From assembly GCA_900542945.1 (NCBI GenBank), contig UQPI01000001.1, positions 6,215 through 70,214 of the forward strand: a stretch of 64,000 bases of DNA, read 5' to 3'. The translations under genes were made by a program, and so were the position numbers. Shown piece after piece: positions 46,950-57,920 of the stretch (within the stretch, counting starts at the first letter, position 1; every line of letters begins with the position of its first letter). The DNA is from an uncultured Collinsella sp. Its GTDB lineage: Bacteria > Actinomycetota > Coriobacteriia > Coriobacteriales > Coriobacteriaceae. The notes beneath the pieces are model-generated. The model searched no databases, was not told the DNA's origin, and saw only the letters and a list, made by a program, of their open reading frames with translations.

Positions 46950-49900
46950 ATGAGAACGGTAAAGCGCATACTCGCAGAGTTCATGACGGTGGTCATGGTG
47001 CTCCAGGCATGCTCGCCCACGGTGGCCGCCGTGGCGGCCGGCTGGCAGAACATTTCGAGCGAGATTGCCGCCGCGTCTGCGGAGGCATCGGATGCAGCCG
47101 AGAGCGGTGAGACCAACGGCGACGCCGCGAATGGGTCTGGGTCGAGTGATATCGGCGCCGCGGGTGACGGTGCCGAGGATGGTGCTGCGAAGGACGACGC
47201 TGCAACGGGCGATACTTCCGATAGTGCTACGGGTTCCGATTCTACGGGCGACCAGACGGAAGGCGATGATACTGCTGGGGATGCCGCCGCTGATGATGCC
47301 GATCAAAATGCTGGTGATGAGGCTTCGGAAGACACTGCGGCCCAGGCGGGTGCGACGATCACAGATTTGAATAAGCTTGTCGAGCTGCTCAGGGCTAATG
47401 GTGCGGAAAACGTCGAGCTCAAAGACGACGGGAGCGGAATCCGAAGCCTCGATGTCAAGTCGTCGGAGGCGTTCGCCGTCCTGTCTAACGCCGACGCTTC
47501 GCTTTACTATGATGCGCAGATCAAGGTTATCATCACGGGCGATGCGAAGCTCACCGAGTCGGCTAAGAACGGCATGTCTTTCCAGGGCCTTGGCAGTGAT
47601 GAGCATCCGTTTGAAGGCAAAATCTATAGGTCGTTGAATGGCGTTGATAGCCCTGTTGAGCTTACGTCTAACCGGACGGTTTTCAATAACTTCAAACTGA
47701 CTGACCAAAACAATACGGTCAAGATAAAGTGGATAGGCGCAACTACCTATAGCGCGCCGATGGTCGCTACGAAGGTCAGCGGTGGGGGCAAGACGCTCAA
47801 CGCTGTGGTCAACATCGCAGATCCCGTAGGCACCGGCGGGACGGATACGACTTCCGCTCTGACGGCGCCCCTTTTGGGTGAGGCGATGGGTGACCTTACT
47901 ACAGAGGTCACCTATGGCCCTGCCGGTTCTCTCGAGAAGCTCAACGTAAATGCAGCGGGAAACATCGGTCTTTTAGCGAATACAGTCAAGAGCGGAACCT
48001 TTACGGTGGGGTCTGTTAAGTTTCCCGATAGCCTTGCCGCGGGCGGTGTCGTCAAGACGAGCTCCGGTAATGCCGGTCTGCTCGTAGGCACGGTCGAGGA
48101 TGGCGCGACTCTAAACGTCGGCACCCTTAATGTTCCCGCTGTTACCGTTCAGTCTGAAAGCGGTTCCGCCGGTGGCGTCGTGGGCCTCGTCGGTTCGAAC
48201 ACAGGCGCCACAGTCAAGGTCACGGAGGCTCTCGACCTGCACATGCTCACCGTCAAGGGCACCACCGCCAGTGGCGGCTTCATCGGTAAGGCGACCAAGC
48301 TCGCGCTGGGCGCGGACAACAAGAAGTTCACCTGTCCCGCCAACGTCGGCGATAAGAACAGCAAAAGTTCCGGCGGCTTCATCGGCGACGTTAGTTTTGC
48401 CGGCCCGGTCGAGTTTGCCAACAACGACCAAATCGATACGGGCGAGGGCGTGAATCTTGGCCAAAGTGGGGACACGGGCGCGGGCGGCGTGTTCGGTCTC
48501 CTGGACACAACGAACGGCGATGTCGCAATATCAGGTGGCTTGTATACTAGCAAACTGGTGACGGGCTCCAGCTCCATCTATGGCGGTCTGGTCGGTAGAG
48601 TTCAGGATGTGACCAACACAGAGAAGTCGAACAACACCCTTCATATAAAGACGGGTGCCGCGGGCAACCGCTGTTCGGTTGATACTACATGCAGCGTCGC
48701 GCCACGACTGGCAGGAGGCCTGGTCGGCTGGGTGGCAAAGAGCAACAATACTGGAGGCGTTGTAATCGTTGACGGCGCGGACGTCACGTGCCATTCTCCA
48801 AAAGCCAATGGAAAGAACTGCGGGTTTGGCGGTGTTGTTGGCGCCTTGGATAGCGGCTATAGCGTGGGCGGGCGTTCGCGTTTTGGAATTCTGGACTGCG
48901 GGGACGTTCGCGTTGAAACTGATAAAAACGAATCAATCGCATGTGGTGCCGGAATTGTGGGTTCGGCATGGAACGGCGTCTTGCGCTTGCGTGGGACTAC
49001 CGATTTATCCGATTGCAAGCTCGAGGCCAACGGTAATACCAGCCAAATTCTTAGATCCTTGGATGGATGCGCCCCATTGGTGTTTGCTCTAGGTTCAGGC
49101 TCGGATGCTGAGGCAACGAACGATAATTATTGGCTTTACAAACGTCCTGCTGCGGCGAGGATCGATGACCTGACCTATAACCAGGTTATCCGCCTGACCG
49201 GAGAGGAGGGCAAGCTCAGCAAGGATCTTATTAAACTTGATGAAAGCACCTTTTATCAGCCGTTGTGCAATCTGAGTGGTGCTCCAGATGCTGGCAGCAG
49301 TGCTGGCTACTCTTGGGGTAAGCAGCTACGGTCCCAAAATGGTGACGGGAAGTCGGGTACATACCTCATTAATGATGCGGATACATTCGCATGCATTGCC
49401 ATGACGGTCCAAACGAACGGCTACTTTGGCGGTCTATTCGGCATCGGCACGGCTAACATTACGAGCTGGTATGGTAATAGTGGGAATGCTATCTCAATTA
49501 CTTCCGACATTGACCTGCGAGGCACAGGCCTTGAAGGTCTTGCATGTGATGGGTCCGGGCGAGTTAACGCTTTCGTAGGGGCTGTCGAGGGAAACCATCA
49601 TACCGTTACCTTGGCGATTGGCGAACCTTACGGTACGCGCAACGGCAATGCGCTTGGCGCAAACGATTCGACTGAAGGGAACGGCAAGATTTACCGTCAC
49701 AGCCGTCTGGGCCTCTTTGCCGCTATCGGCGGTGGCGCGACGGTGAATAACCTTACCGTCGATGGCGTTATGAAGTTCGATAACGGCTTAGGCGTCGACG
49801 CTGGCTCGCTTGCGGCAACTATCACTGGCAAGGCAACACTCAACGGCGTTACGTGCAAGCCGAAAATCACCTGCGATGATACGTTCGGCAACGATGTCAA

Positions 49901-52900
49901 CATTGGCGGCATTGCTGGTAGCGTGAGGGGTGGTGGAACCGTTACTTTCGGCAGCAGCAACATAAGTGGCAGCACGAAGGCGCAAGCGACCGTCAAAACG
50001 GGCGCTACCCTCAACGGCAACACGCGCATTGGCGGCGCTATCGGTTATGTGGCGGACGTTGTCGCTATCGTCAACGTGACGAGTCTCGAGGTCGGTGACG
50101 CGACGACGAGCGAAAATGCGATTACCGCGGGCGACAGCGCGAGCAATAAGAAATCCCAGGTCGGCGGCTTCATCGGCTGCATCGCTCAAGGGACGCAAGA
50201 GAAACACGTCAACATCACGGGCCTTTCGTTCGACTCGTTCAGCATGACCGTTGGCAAGAACGGTGACGCGAAGAACGGCGCCGGTGGTCTTCTGGGCTAT
50301 AGCTGGGGCAATACTGTTGTCACCATCGGGGATAGCAGCAAAAACACCAGCGTTAGCACGTATGCCCTCAAGACAACCAACGCTTCCATAACCGCTAATA
50401 GCTCAAGTGAACTCGGCGGCCTCGTATACGCCGCTAGTGGCCAATGGATCATCAACGACTATGCGATCGATCTTTCGAACGCAACCATTAATGCCGATAA
50501 GGTAACGGTACTTGGTCTGCTCATCGGTCGAGGCGGTAGGACGGAGAATTCCACAACATATGGAGTGGAAACTTATAGCGGCTTGTATCTGGAGAACAAG
50601 GCGGGTTGGGACACTGCATATAAGATCAATGGTGTTGCTGCGGGCAATGGCGTGAAAATCAACAACACGGCAATCAAAAGCAACGACAATGCTACTTCGT
50701 TTGATGAATGGGTCGGCAACAGCACGAGGCCTGCCTATGGAAATAAAGACGCCAGCAAACTCATGGACGGCGAATGGAATGTCGTCGTTTCGCTTCATAC
50801 CAAAGACGGCGTTAATGACGGTAAGCTCGACATGAGCGGAGAGCCGGGAAACGACAACAGCTATCGCAACCGTTCCGATTTCGGCAAGAACCACAACACG
50901 AATGCCTGGACGAGGTATTACTACAACCTCGACAAAGCCTATGCGGCACTTGGGCAAGGCAGCTCCAAAATTAGCAAAATCGATACGGCGGAAAAGCTGC
51001 TCTTATGGTCCGCTTACCGCTATGCTCCAGCCGCAATTCGCTCGATGATTGTGCCGCAAGCGTTCAACGACGCCGTGGCCATCGGCGGCGAAAGCGGCAG
51101 AAGCGTCGAAATTGATTTGACGGGCTATAGTTACTATCCCACCCAGCCGAACGGAAAGGTGACGGTTGGTAATGCGACCATCACCTTCCATTACTCCGAC
51201 ATCAAGGCCGAGCAGAAAGGCAACAAGCTGAACTCTGCTGCTACCCAGCACGAGAACATGCACTGCGGTCTTTTCCGAACGGTGGCAAATGGCGATCTTA
51301 CGGTGAACGCCGTCACTTTGGGTGGCACTGTTGGGCCCGTTGTCAATGACGGGAGAAGCAAGAATGATATTGCCGCCGCGGGTGGAAGCTCTTCGGGCGC
51401 GCTGGTGTGTCGCTACGTGTATGGGTCTAACAATGGCACGACCACCACTATTAGAAAAATCTCGATTGATGGCCTTACGTTCAACAATTTGACCGTCGAT
51501 GGCGCTAGTGAGGCCACGGGCGCTGATGCTTATATGCCTCTGCTTATAAACGAGATGCAGACGTACGTGAACCTGAGCGCGAAGAACATCACGGCCACGG
51601 GATACGGCCGCAACACCAAGGTGGCAACCTCACTTTTTGGAAGACTGGGCGTGGGTTCGAGTGCCGACCAGGTTACGGCGACGTTTGGTACCATCAACGT
51701 GCCGAGTGCTACGAACAACGCCATCTTTACCCGTGCAAGCTTGCTTGAGAGCTTTGGCTACGGCGAGGGGAAGACCGGCTCGGCGGTGTATACCTTTATA
51801 AAGGATGACCAGACAAACGATAAGGTCACATTCGGCAGCGAGATCGACTCGAAGGGCGAATACTCTGGTAAGCAACTCTGGTACTACAACGAGAGCACCT
51901 ATGGGACCCGCGCTGGCCTCGTCACCGTTGACAACAAAGAGGCAAATGCGGGTACTCCGCAATTCGGCGGTTATCTCCCGTATGTGAAAAAGGGCAATGT
52001 CAACGAAAACAAAGTCCAATACCACGAAATCAAAGTTAACCAGCGTGTGCCCAAGCTTACGACGGGCTGCGGTACCTATGGCGATCCCTATGCCATAACT
52101 AAAGCATCAGAGCTCAACACGGTTGCTGAGTATATCAACACGCAAAATGCAATCGACGGTTGGGAAGTAACGATTGCCGCCAATCAGGAAGAGCTATGTC
52201 AGCGTCGTTCGTCCAGTGAGAATACTGAAAACGAAGTGACGTACATCTACAAACAGGCGAACAAAACATGGGAGAGGAAGACGGAGGATAACACCACCGA
52301 CTCTGGGGATTCGCTTGACGATGCGACGATGCACCGCTATCTCCAAAGCGCCTACTACAGTATCGAGCCGGTTGATAGCGAGGGAAATAGGACCGATACG
52401 CTTGTGCTCGATACCACCGCTTTCCAGGGTTTGGGCAATCAGAGCAACCCGTTCAGGGGGGTTGTTGTTGGCAATCTGAGGGACGGCGGTTTAGCGACCA
52501 TCAAGATTGACAAGCCCGAAGGCGCAAGCGCGCTTTCCGGATTGATCCCGTATAGCTACGGCAGCGTTGTGAGCAATCTGAATATTGAATACTCGGGCAC
52601 GGCAACCTCAATTGCATATAAGAGTAAAGATACATCTGGTGTGCCTGGCGCTTTTTTTGGCGGTGTGATCGGTTGCATCATGGGCGGTGACAATATCATC
52701 GATGGCGTGTCGGTGAATGCGGATGCCGGCTTTAGCGTTGCTGGGGCGGCAGGCGATAATGGCGGCGGCGCGCACCTTGTGCCCGTTGGCGGCTACGTTG
52801 GTGCTGTTGCGGGTGGCGGCGTCATCTTCCGCAACTCTTCGCGCGGCGACGGTGCCCTTAACCCCTGGCATGGCGCCGGTACTTCTCTCTATGACAACCC

Positions 52901-55900
52901 GTATGTTGGCCGCGTGATTGACGGCTATGCGTTCAGCGAGCTTACCGATGGTAGGAGTCTCGACAACACTGATCGCAACTACAAGGTGAACAATCTGGAT
53001 ACTTCGAAGACGGGGTGCATCAAGACGGATGCGACGCAGGGCCGCTATAGGGGAGACGACGCCAATAGCTCTGCGATAACCACAACCGTCAATGACTCGC
53101 AGGGACTGCTCGTACTCTCGGCCATCATCAGCAGCGGTGCGGCCGGCGGTTCGGCGAATACGAATACCACGAACGATGCGTATGGAACGTATGCGGGCTC
53201 GCGTGCCTACATGGGCGGCAACAACGCAAAGGGAGTGTACCAATTCGGCAACAAGCAATACGGCAAAGTTCGCAATGCGAGCTATGCATCCGTTGGAAAG
53301 CCGGGGAGTGCCGACAGCGATTTTGCCGATGCGAAAAACGATGACATGAAAAGCCCCGGTATCCAGTGGGAGGGTAACGCGCTCGACTACACAGGCGATG
53401 GTTCGGGCGTTAACTCCCCCTACCTGATAAAGAAATACGCGACGTGGCAGACGGGCTACGTCTGTGCCGCGCAGGTCTCGGGAATGGATTTGCGGTTCGT
53501 GAACACGAACAAGGACATTGATCCGGACAAGGACATTGATTATGACATGACGCCTTACGGTACGGGTTACACGGGTCTTTCGGGCCGCTACTACTCAAAC
53601 GCATGCGCATCCGGTAAGGGCGCCGACCGCGATCGCATCGTGCCGCTTGTTGCGTGCATCAACGGCGACGACGGTGCAAAAATTAAGGTCGGTAGCAAGA
53701 AGGCCAACAAGGTATATGGGGTCACGGAGTACGCCGACGATAATTACAAACTCACCGGATTGGGCGCTCTCTTTGGCACCGTAACGTACACCTCGACCAA
53801 CGTGTCGGGGAGTATCGGCACTCCGGCAACGGACGGCGCTGCTGCTACGGGCAACGGCGGCTATACCGTCCAGAACCTAAAGTTCGATGACTGCAATATT
53901 TCTCTTACGTATATCAATGCAGCCGGCGCCCCCAGTGGTTCGGGTAATGAGCAGGTTGGCGTCGGTCTGCTTGCGGGTACTACGGCGAACGCGAGCTCGC
54001 TGGCAGATTACGGCAAATATGCAGGAATTACCATGGATAACTGCAGGGTGAATGGCCCCAATAACGTTGGCGGATTGCTCGGCGCATCCGGCTATGGTAG
54101 CCGCAGGACTGACAAAGATGCAACTTTGCTGGTGAATCGTAACGATGAATCACAAGCGACAACGCGCTATTCTCCGGTCAAACTTTACGATTGCTCTTAT
54201 AGCAACATGGACATTTCTGGCGTGCAAAACGTCGGTGGCTTCGTCGGCAAGCTGAACAAAAATTCCGCTGGTGGCGTTTGGACAAAAACGAACATGTCTA
54301 TTGCCAAGAATTCCACGATTATGTCAACTGCTTCTAACGCAAGGACCGGCGGTGTCGTGGGTCTTGCTGGAGGTGGTTTCCTGGTGAACACCGATGATGC
54401 TGGAACGCCTTCGCAGGGTGCCGGAAAGGCGGAGATCAGCAATGTCACGCTTCAGCCGGCAGCATCGAGCGCGACCGAGGGGACCGGCGGCCTTATCGGA
54501 AGGTCCGAAAATGGAATCGTGTCTGTCTACAATCTGTGCATCCAAGGCGACGTGCAGAGTAAAACGGTATTTGGTGTTAGAGGATCGAATAATCTTAAGT
54601 ACGTTGCTGGTGCAGTTGGCGAAGCGGCTTCGGGCGGTGCATTTAAGTTCGATAGCTGTGTAATAAAAGACATCTATCTTGGTGCTCGTGAGTGCTCTGC
54701 CGGTTTAATCGGTGATCTGAAAGGTGGGTGTGCCCTCGAGGTCAAGAATTCAACTATCACTGGACTGGTCGTCGATGGTTCGTATTCTGGTAGTGTTGTT
54801 GGCTCGATCGGTAACACGGCGAACTCTGTCACGCTTTTGAATTCGACCATTGGCGAGAATAACTTTACCGGTAGCAAGAACGCTGCATGGAACTCATCGC
54901 TGGGAAATTGTTCTGGTGGCGTGTCTGGCGATGGCCGTGGCTCATTTAGGCTCGTAAACGTGCTCATGGATCGCAATATCTTTGGGGCGCAAACTAGCCA
55001 GGGATATTTGTTCGGAAATAGTTCATCCGCTGATCTTGTCAACGTTTTTGTCGCAGGAATTGCCATTAGACCAAACAGTGCGAGTGAATCGCTCAAGCTG
55101 ATGCGCAATTCTTCCGGCACCGACGACCTTAAAAAAGTGAACAAAAAGTCATACATCGCATTTGCTGCCTATGAAGACAAGCTTTCCGATGCCAAGGGCG
55201 CGACACTGTATGGCAACGATGCTGCGAACGGCAATGTGACGCCGGCCGTTTCGCCCTACGTGACTACGAGTCCGGTGAGCGAGCTGGCGGTGCGTGCCTC
55301 CGACAACGACACCACCGATCGCCATCTGTTTGGCGACGGCATGAACGTTCCTGGTGCAGCGACTATCAAGGACCAAGCGGGGACCAACGTCACCAACCGT
55401 TATACCTACACCAATATCGGTGGCATCGATAAAGACGGCGCCTATCAAAATACCTCGAGCTACGATGCCTCATCCGTGGCGAGTAAGTTCAATTCGAATA
55501 ATGATACAAGCAACAACCAAGCCACAACGGATTTCCCTGTTTTGGTGATCTCTGGCAACGACAACACGACGGTCAAGAGCTATCTAAACATCATCACGAA
55601 CGGCGGCTTCTCCGACGCTTGCAGATTGAATAACGAGAATGGCACCAATCCGCACGTGACGGCCAAAGCAGAGGTTTTCCAACTCAAGGATGGTGTGTTC
55701 GTTAAGGACGATGACGCGTCGAACAATCCCACGCTTCGCGTAGTGAACAACGGCAAGAACAATATGTCGTTTAGCCCAAGCTCCGATTGGGACAACGGCA
55801 AAGGTCGCTTTACGCTCCTGACCGTTACCTTTACCGAGGCGGGTCAGAGCTACAACGTTCAGGTGCCGATCATCGTTAAGCGCAAGCTCGAGATTGATTT

Positions 55901-57857
55901 CACTGCAACATATGATTACGGCACCAACTTTAAAGAAAGTGATTACGCTAACCTTGGAAAAGATGCACACGTGCTTACGAGCTTTGGCGAGCCGATGACG
56001 GGTCTGCTTACCTGGACATACAATTCTGCCAATGGGAAGGAAGTCGACTTTGGCTGGGACAGCTATATGGCTGCTGGCGGCTCGATGAAGGGGCTTGGCA
56101 AGAGCATCCTCTTCAATGGTGCCGACGGAAGGTTGCCCCAAGGCACCCAGCTTACGCTCATCGATGCGAACGTTGATGGCAAAGCCGGTGGCAGAGAGTA
56201 CCACTATACGGTGGGCGAAGGCGGAGCAACGAGCGTTTCCCTGAGCGGAAATGCGGGCTTTGAGGATTCTGCGGGCAATCCATATCAGGAGCGATGGCTG
56301 AGCGAGATTTTGGATGTGTATGCCGAAAAGGATGGCGCCGGCACATGGGCCGAGTGTAATAACGAGGCAGAGGCGACCGCTAAGGCGAAACTCGGAGATA
56401 CGTGGAAGCTGTTTAAGGTTGCAGGCGCTGACGTTCCCAGCAAAAGTCGCTATACGCTAAAGGTACCTAAGGAGGAGAAAACCGGCAGGGAGCAGCGTGC
56501 GTCGGAGAGCGTCTACCTAGTTGTCAACGTGCCCAAGTCGGGCGACGGCATGACGCAAGCTAATATCAACGGTTTTACGGCTTCGTCTATTGACTCGAAT
56601 TCTTCGGGTGCCCGCATATCTTGGAATCTGCATCACGTCTTGCGCACCGGTGGCGAAGATAATCAAAACAGTACGGCATCGACATACAGCATCTTGTCCA
56701 ATTATGAGCAGAGTGTAGTCGACAATAAAAATGCGGCGCGCATTCCGGTTTCAAAGTCGGAGGACGGTGCCGCCTATGTGCTTTCTCTTGACGTCAAAGA
56801 TACGGTTACGTTTAGCCCGAGCCAATACTATACAGAGAGTGACCATCTGTTCTATCAGCTCGATACATCGCTGTGTCGCTATGGCGCCAACAACAACCTA
56901 ATGGGAGTAAGTAGTTTCCCGAGCGGAACCTCGGCAATTGCGAAGTTTTATGTTGCCATCGGCGGTCAGAACTACAGGTGGAATGGCGGCGATTGGGAGC
57001 CGTGTGACGCTTCGACGCCTGCGTTCACGCAGACCGTGACGGATACAGGCGATGATTCGTTGAAGCTCAAGCTCGATTATGACCTCGCCGGAATCCGCAA
57101 GATCGCAACGGACGGATCCTTTACCGTGCGTACGGTGGTGGAAGAGATTCGCCTTACGCCGGACGGCTGCAACAAGGTTATCTCCCTGTCCAAGCAGTCT
57201 GGCGAGGACGCCTGTACCAAGATGTCCTATACCGCCAAGCTTTCGACGCGTAAGGAAGGTCTTAATACCTCGAGCCTGACGCAGACGAAGCCCGGTAACG
57301 TCGGATACTATCGCATGGACACGGGTGATACGACCATTACGCTTTCTGCGCCAGATAAGTCGCAGCTTGGTATTAACGTGGACGACCTACGTCCGATCGC
57401 GAATGGCACGATTGGTCTGGGTGCCACGTATGAACTGGGTGGTCTTAGCAATGCCGCCGAGGCAATCGCGAACGCCGACTCTGTTGTGTACACGCTCGCG
57501 CTTCAGCGCCGCGGAACCGACGGCACGTATGAGAGCGTAACGGATGATATCTCCAACTACGTAACGGTGACGGAGAGTAAGCTTGCCGCGGCCGCTCCCT
57601 CCGGTAGCACGATCACCTTCACTGACTCGAAGGAGAATGGCAAGTTCAAAACGCAGAACGGTGACACTACGTTTAGCCTGCCCTTTACCGTTAAGGTCAA
57701 CACGCAGGTTGAACAGCGTGAGCAGTTCTACGCGAACTATCGATTGGTAATGAGAGCGAGCCTGGTTAAGGGTGACGTGGCGAGCGCAAAGCCTCAATCG
57801 CCCGACTATGTGACCTATACGCTCACGAGGGTGAACCTCAACGGCATCGACCACTAG
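46950..57857 (+). CDS. Giant secreted protein (3635 aa): Sec signal peptide, ~100-aa acidic low-complexity linker, then very long beta-helical region packed with GLUG-type motifs (GGLVG/GGVVG/GGFIG) and a second module opening with GCGTYGDPYAI
   Basis: N-terminal MRTVKRILAEFMTVVMVLQA...AAVAAGW signal. Dozens of GG[LVFI][LVI]G repeats across the whole length. G.G..DPY.I module start at about aa 1700. No LPXTG or other anchor at the C-terminus. RBS AAGAGGT is present. It lies 40 bp after paralog 3, consistent with one operon. Confidence 0.8.
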   Translation: MRTVKRILAEFMTVVMVLQACSPTVAAVAAGWQNISSEIAAASAEASDAAESGETNGDAANGSGSSDIGAAGDGAEDGAAKDDAATGDTSDSATGSDSTGDQTEGDDTAGDAAADDADQNAGDEASEDTAAQAGATITDLNKLVELLRANGAENVELKDDGSGIRSLDVKSSEAFAVLSNADASLYYDAQIKVIITGDAKLTESAKNGMSFQGLGSDEHPFEGKIYRSLNGVDSPVELTSNRTVFNNFKLTDQNNTVKIKWIGATTYSAPMVATKVSGGGKTLNAVVNIADPVGTGGTDTTSALTAPLLGEAMGDLTTEVTYGPAGSLEKLNVNAAGNIGLLANTVKSGTFTVGSVKFPDSLAAGGVVKTSSGNAGLLVGTVEDGATLNVGTLNVPAVTVQSESGSAGGVVGLVGSNTGATVKVTEALDLHMLTVKGTTASGGFIGKATKLALGADNKKFTCPANVGDKNSKSSGGFIGDVSFAGPVEFANNDQIDTGEGVNLGQSGDTGAGGVFGLLDTTNGDVAISGGLYTSKLVTGSSSIYGGLVGRVQDVTNTEKSNNTLHIKTGAAGNRCSVDTTCSVAPRLAGGLVGWVAKSNNTGGVVIVDGADVTCHSPKANGKNCGFGGVVGALDSGYSVGGRSRFGILDCGDVRVETDKNESIACGAGIVGSAWNGVLRLRGTTDLSDCKLEANGNTSQILRSLDGCAPLVFALGSGSDAEATNDNYWLYKRPAAARIDDLTYNQVIRLTGEEGKLSKDLIKLDESTFYQPLCNLSGAPDAGSSAGYSWGKQLRSQNGDGKSGTYLINDADTFACIAMTVQTNGYFGGLFGIGTANITSWYGNSGNAISITSDIDLRGTGLEGLACDGSGRVNAFVGAVEGNHHTVTLAIGEPYGTRNGNALGANDSTEGNGKIYRHSRLGLFAAIGGGATVNNLTVDGVMKFDNGLGVDAGSLAATITGKATLNGVTCKPKITCDDTFGNDVNIGGIAGSVRGGGTVTFGSSNISGSTKAQATVKTGATLNGNTRIGGAIGYVADVVAIVNVTSLEVGDATTSENAITAGDSASNKKSQVGGFIGCIAQGTQEKHVNITGLSFDSFSMTVGKNGDAKNGAGGLLGYSWGNTVVTIGDSSKNTSVSTYALKTTNASITANSSSELGGLVYAASGQWIINDYAIDLSNATINADKVTVLGLLIGRGGRTENSTTYGVETYSGLYLENKAGWDTAYKINGVAAGNGVKINNTAIKSNDNATSFDEWVGNSTRPAYGNKDASKLMDGEWNVVVSLHTKDGVNDGKLDMSGEPGNDNSYRNRSDFGKNHNTNAWTRYYYNLDKAYAALGQGSSKISKIDTAEKLLLWSAYRYAPAAIRSMIVPQAFNDAVAIGGESGRSVEIDLTGYSYYPTQPNGKVTVGNATITFHYSDIKAEQKGNKLNSAATQHENMHCGLFRTVANGDLTVNAVTLGGTVGPVVNDGRSKNDIAAAGGSSSGALVCRYVYGSNNGTTTTIRKISIDGLTFNNLTVDGASEATGADAYMPLLINEMQTYVNLSAKNITATGYGRNTKVATSLFGRLGVGSSADQVTATFGTINVPSATNNAIFTRASLLESFGYGEGKTGSAVYTFIKDDQTNDKVTFGSEIDSKGEYSGKQLWYYNESTYGTRAGLVTVDNKEANAGTPQFGGYLPYVKKGNVNENKVQYHEIKVNQRVPKLTTGCGTYGDPYAITKASELNTVAEYINTQNAIDGWEVTIAANQEELCQRRSSSENTENEVTYIYKQANKTWERKTEDNTTDSGDSLDDATMHRYLQSAYYSIEPVDSEGNRTDTLVLDTTAFQGLGNQSNPFRGVVVGNLRDGGLATIKIDKPEGASALSGLIPYSYGSVVSNLNIEYSGTATSIAYKSKDTSGVPGAFFGGVIGCIMGGDNIIDGVSVNADAGFSVAGAAGDNGGGAHLVPVGGYVGAVAGGGVIFRNSSRGDGALNPWHGAGTSLYDNPYVGRVIDGYAFSELTDGRSLDNTDRNYKVNNLDTSKTGCIKTDATQGRYRGDDANSSAITTTVNDSQGLLVLSAIISSGAAGGSANTNTTNDAYGTYAGSRAYMGGNNAKGVYQFGNKQYGKVRNASYASVGKPGSADSDFADAKNDDMKSPGIQWEGNALDYTGDGSGVNSPYLIKKYATWQTGYVCAAQVSGMDLRFVNTNKDIDPDKDIDYDMTPYGTGYTGLSGRYYSNACASGKGADRDRIVPLVACINGDDGAKIKVGSKKANKVYGVTEYADDNYKLTGLGALFGTVTYTSTNVSGSIGTPATDGAAATGNGGYTVQNLKFDDCNISLTYINAAGAPSGSGNEQVGVGLLAGTTANASSLADYGKYAGITMDNCRVNGPNNVGGLLGASGYGSRRTDKDATLLVNRNDESQATTRYSPVKLYDCSYSNMDISGVQNVGGFVGKLNKNSAGGVWTKTNMSIAKNSTIMSTASNARTGGVVGLAGGGFLVNTDDAGTPSQGAGKAEISNVTLQPAASSATEGTGGLIGRSENGIVSVYNLCIQGDVQSKTVFGVRGSNNLKYVAGAVGEAASGGAFKFDSCVIKDIYLGARECSAGLIGDLKGGCALEVKNSTITGLVVDGSYSGSVVGSIGNTANSVTLLNSTIGENNFTGSKNAAWNSSLGNCSGGVSGDGRGSFRLVNVLMDRNIFGAQTSQGYLFGNSSSADLVNVFVAGIAIRPNSASESLKLMRNSSGTDDLKKVNKKSYIAFAAYEDKLSDAKGATLYGNDAANGNVTPAVSPYVTTSPVSELAVRASDNDTTDRHLFGDGMNVPGAATIKDQAGTNVTNRYTYTNIGGIDKDGAYQNTSSYDASSVASKFNSNNDTSNNQATTDFPVLVISGNDNTTVKSYLNIITNGGFSDACRLNNENGTNPHVTAKAEVFQLKDGVFVKDDDASNNPTLRVVNNGKNNMSFSPSSDWDNGKGRFTLLTVTFTEAGQSYNVQVPIIVKRKLEIDFTATYDYGTNFKESDYANLGKDAHVLTSFGEPMTGLLTWTYNSANGKEVDFGWDSYMAAGGSMKGLGKSILFNGADGRLPQGTQLTLIDANVDGKAGGREYHYTVGEGGATSVSLSGNAGFEDSAGNPYQERWLSEILDVYAEKDGAGTWAECNNEAEATAKAKLGDTWKLFKVAGADVPSKSRYTLKVPKEEKTGREQRASESVYLVVNVPKSGDGMTQANINGFTASSIDSNSSGARISWNLHHVLRTGGEDNQNSTASTYSILSNYEQSVVDNKNAARIPVSKSEDGAAYVLSLDVKDTVTFSPSQYYTESDHLFYQLDTSLCRYGANNNLMGVSSFPSGTSAIAKFYVAIGGQNYRWNGGDWEPCDASTPAFTQTVTDTGDDSLKLKLDYDLAGIRKIATDGSFTVRTVVEEIRLTPDGCNKVISLSKQSGEDACTKMSYTAKLSTRKEGLNTSSLTQTKPGNVGYYRMDTGDTTITLSAPDKSQLGINVDDLRPIANGTIGLGATYELGGLSNAAEAIANADSVVYTLALQRRGTDGTYESVTDDISNYVTVTESKLAAAAPSGSTITFTDSKENGKFKTQNGDTTFSLPFTVKVNTQVEQREQFYANYRLVMRASLVKGDVASAKPQSPDYVTYTLTRVNLNGIDH

Positions 57858-57860
57858 TTC

Positions 57861-57915
57861 CGAAGCCAACTAGCTTCGCAAAGGGGGCGGCAACCACCCG
57901 GTGGCCGCCCCCTTC
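57861..57915 (+). terminator. Terminator hairpins after the giant gene
   Basis: AAGGGGGCGGCaaccacccggtGGCCGCCCCCTT plus small hairpin GAAGCCAACTAGCTTC. Confidence 0.65.
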
Positions 57916-57920
57916 AACTC

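Noticed and set aside
51230-51262. HENMH (HExxH) motif inside the giant protein suggesting a zinc metalloprotease like ZmpB/IgA protease (which also carry GLUG repeats)
   Set aside because: The motif sits inside a GLUG beta-strand repeat (…HENMHCGLFRTV…). There is no downstream Glu/His third ligand at the usual spacing, and no helical protease-like segment is apparent. Noted only as something a profile search should double-check.
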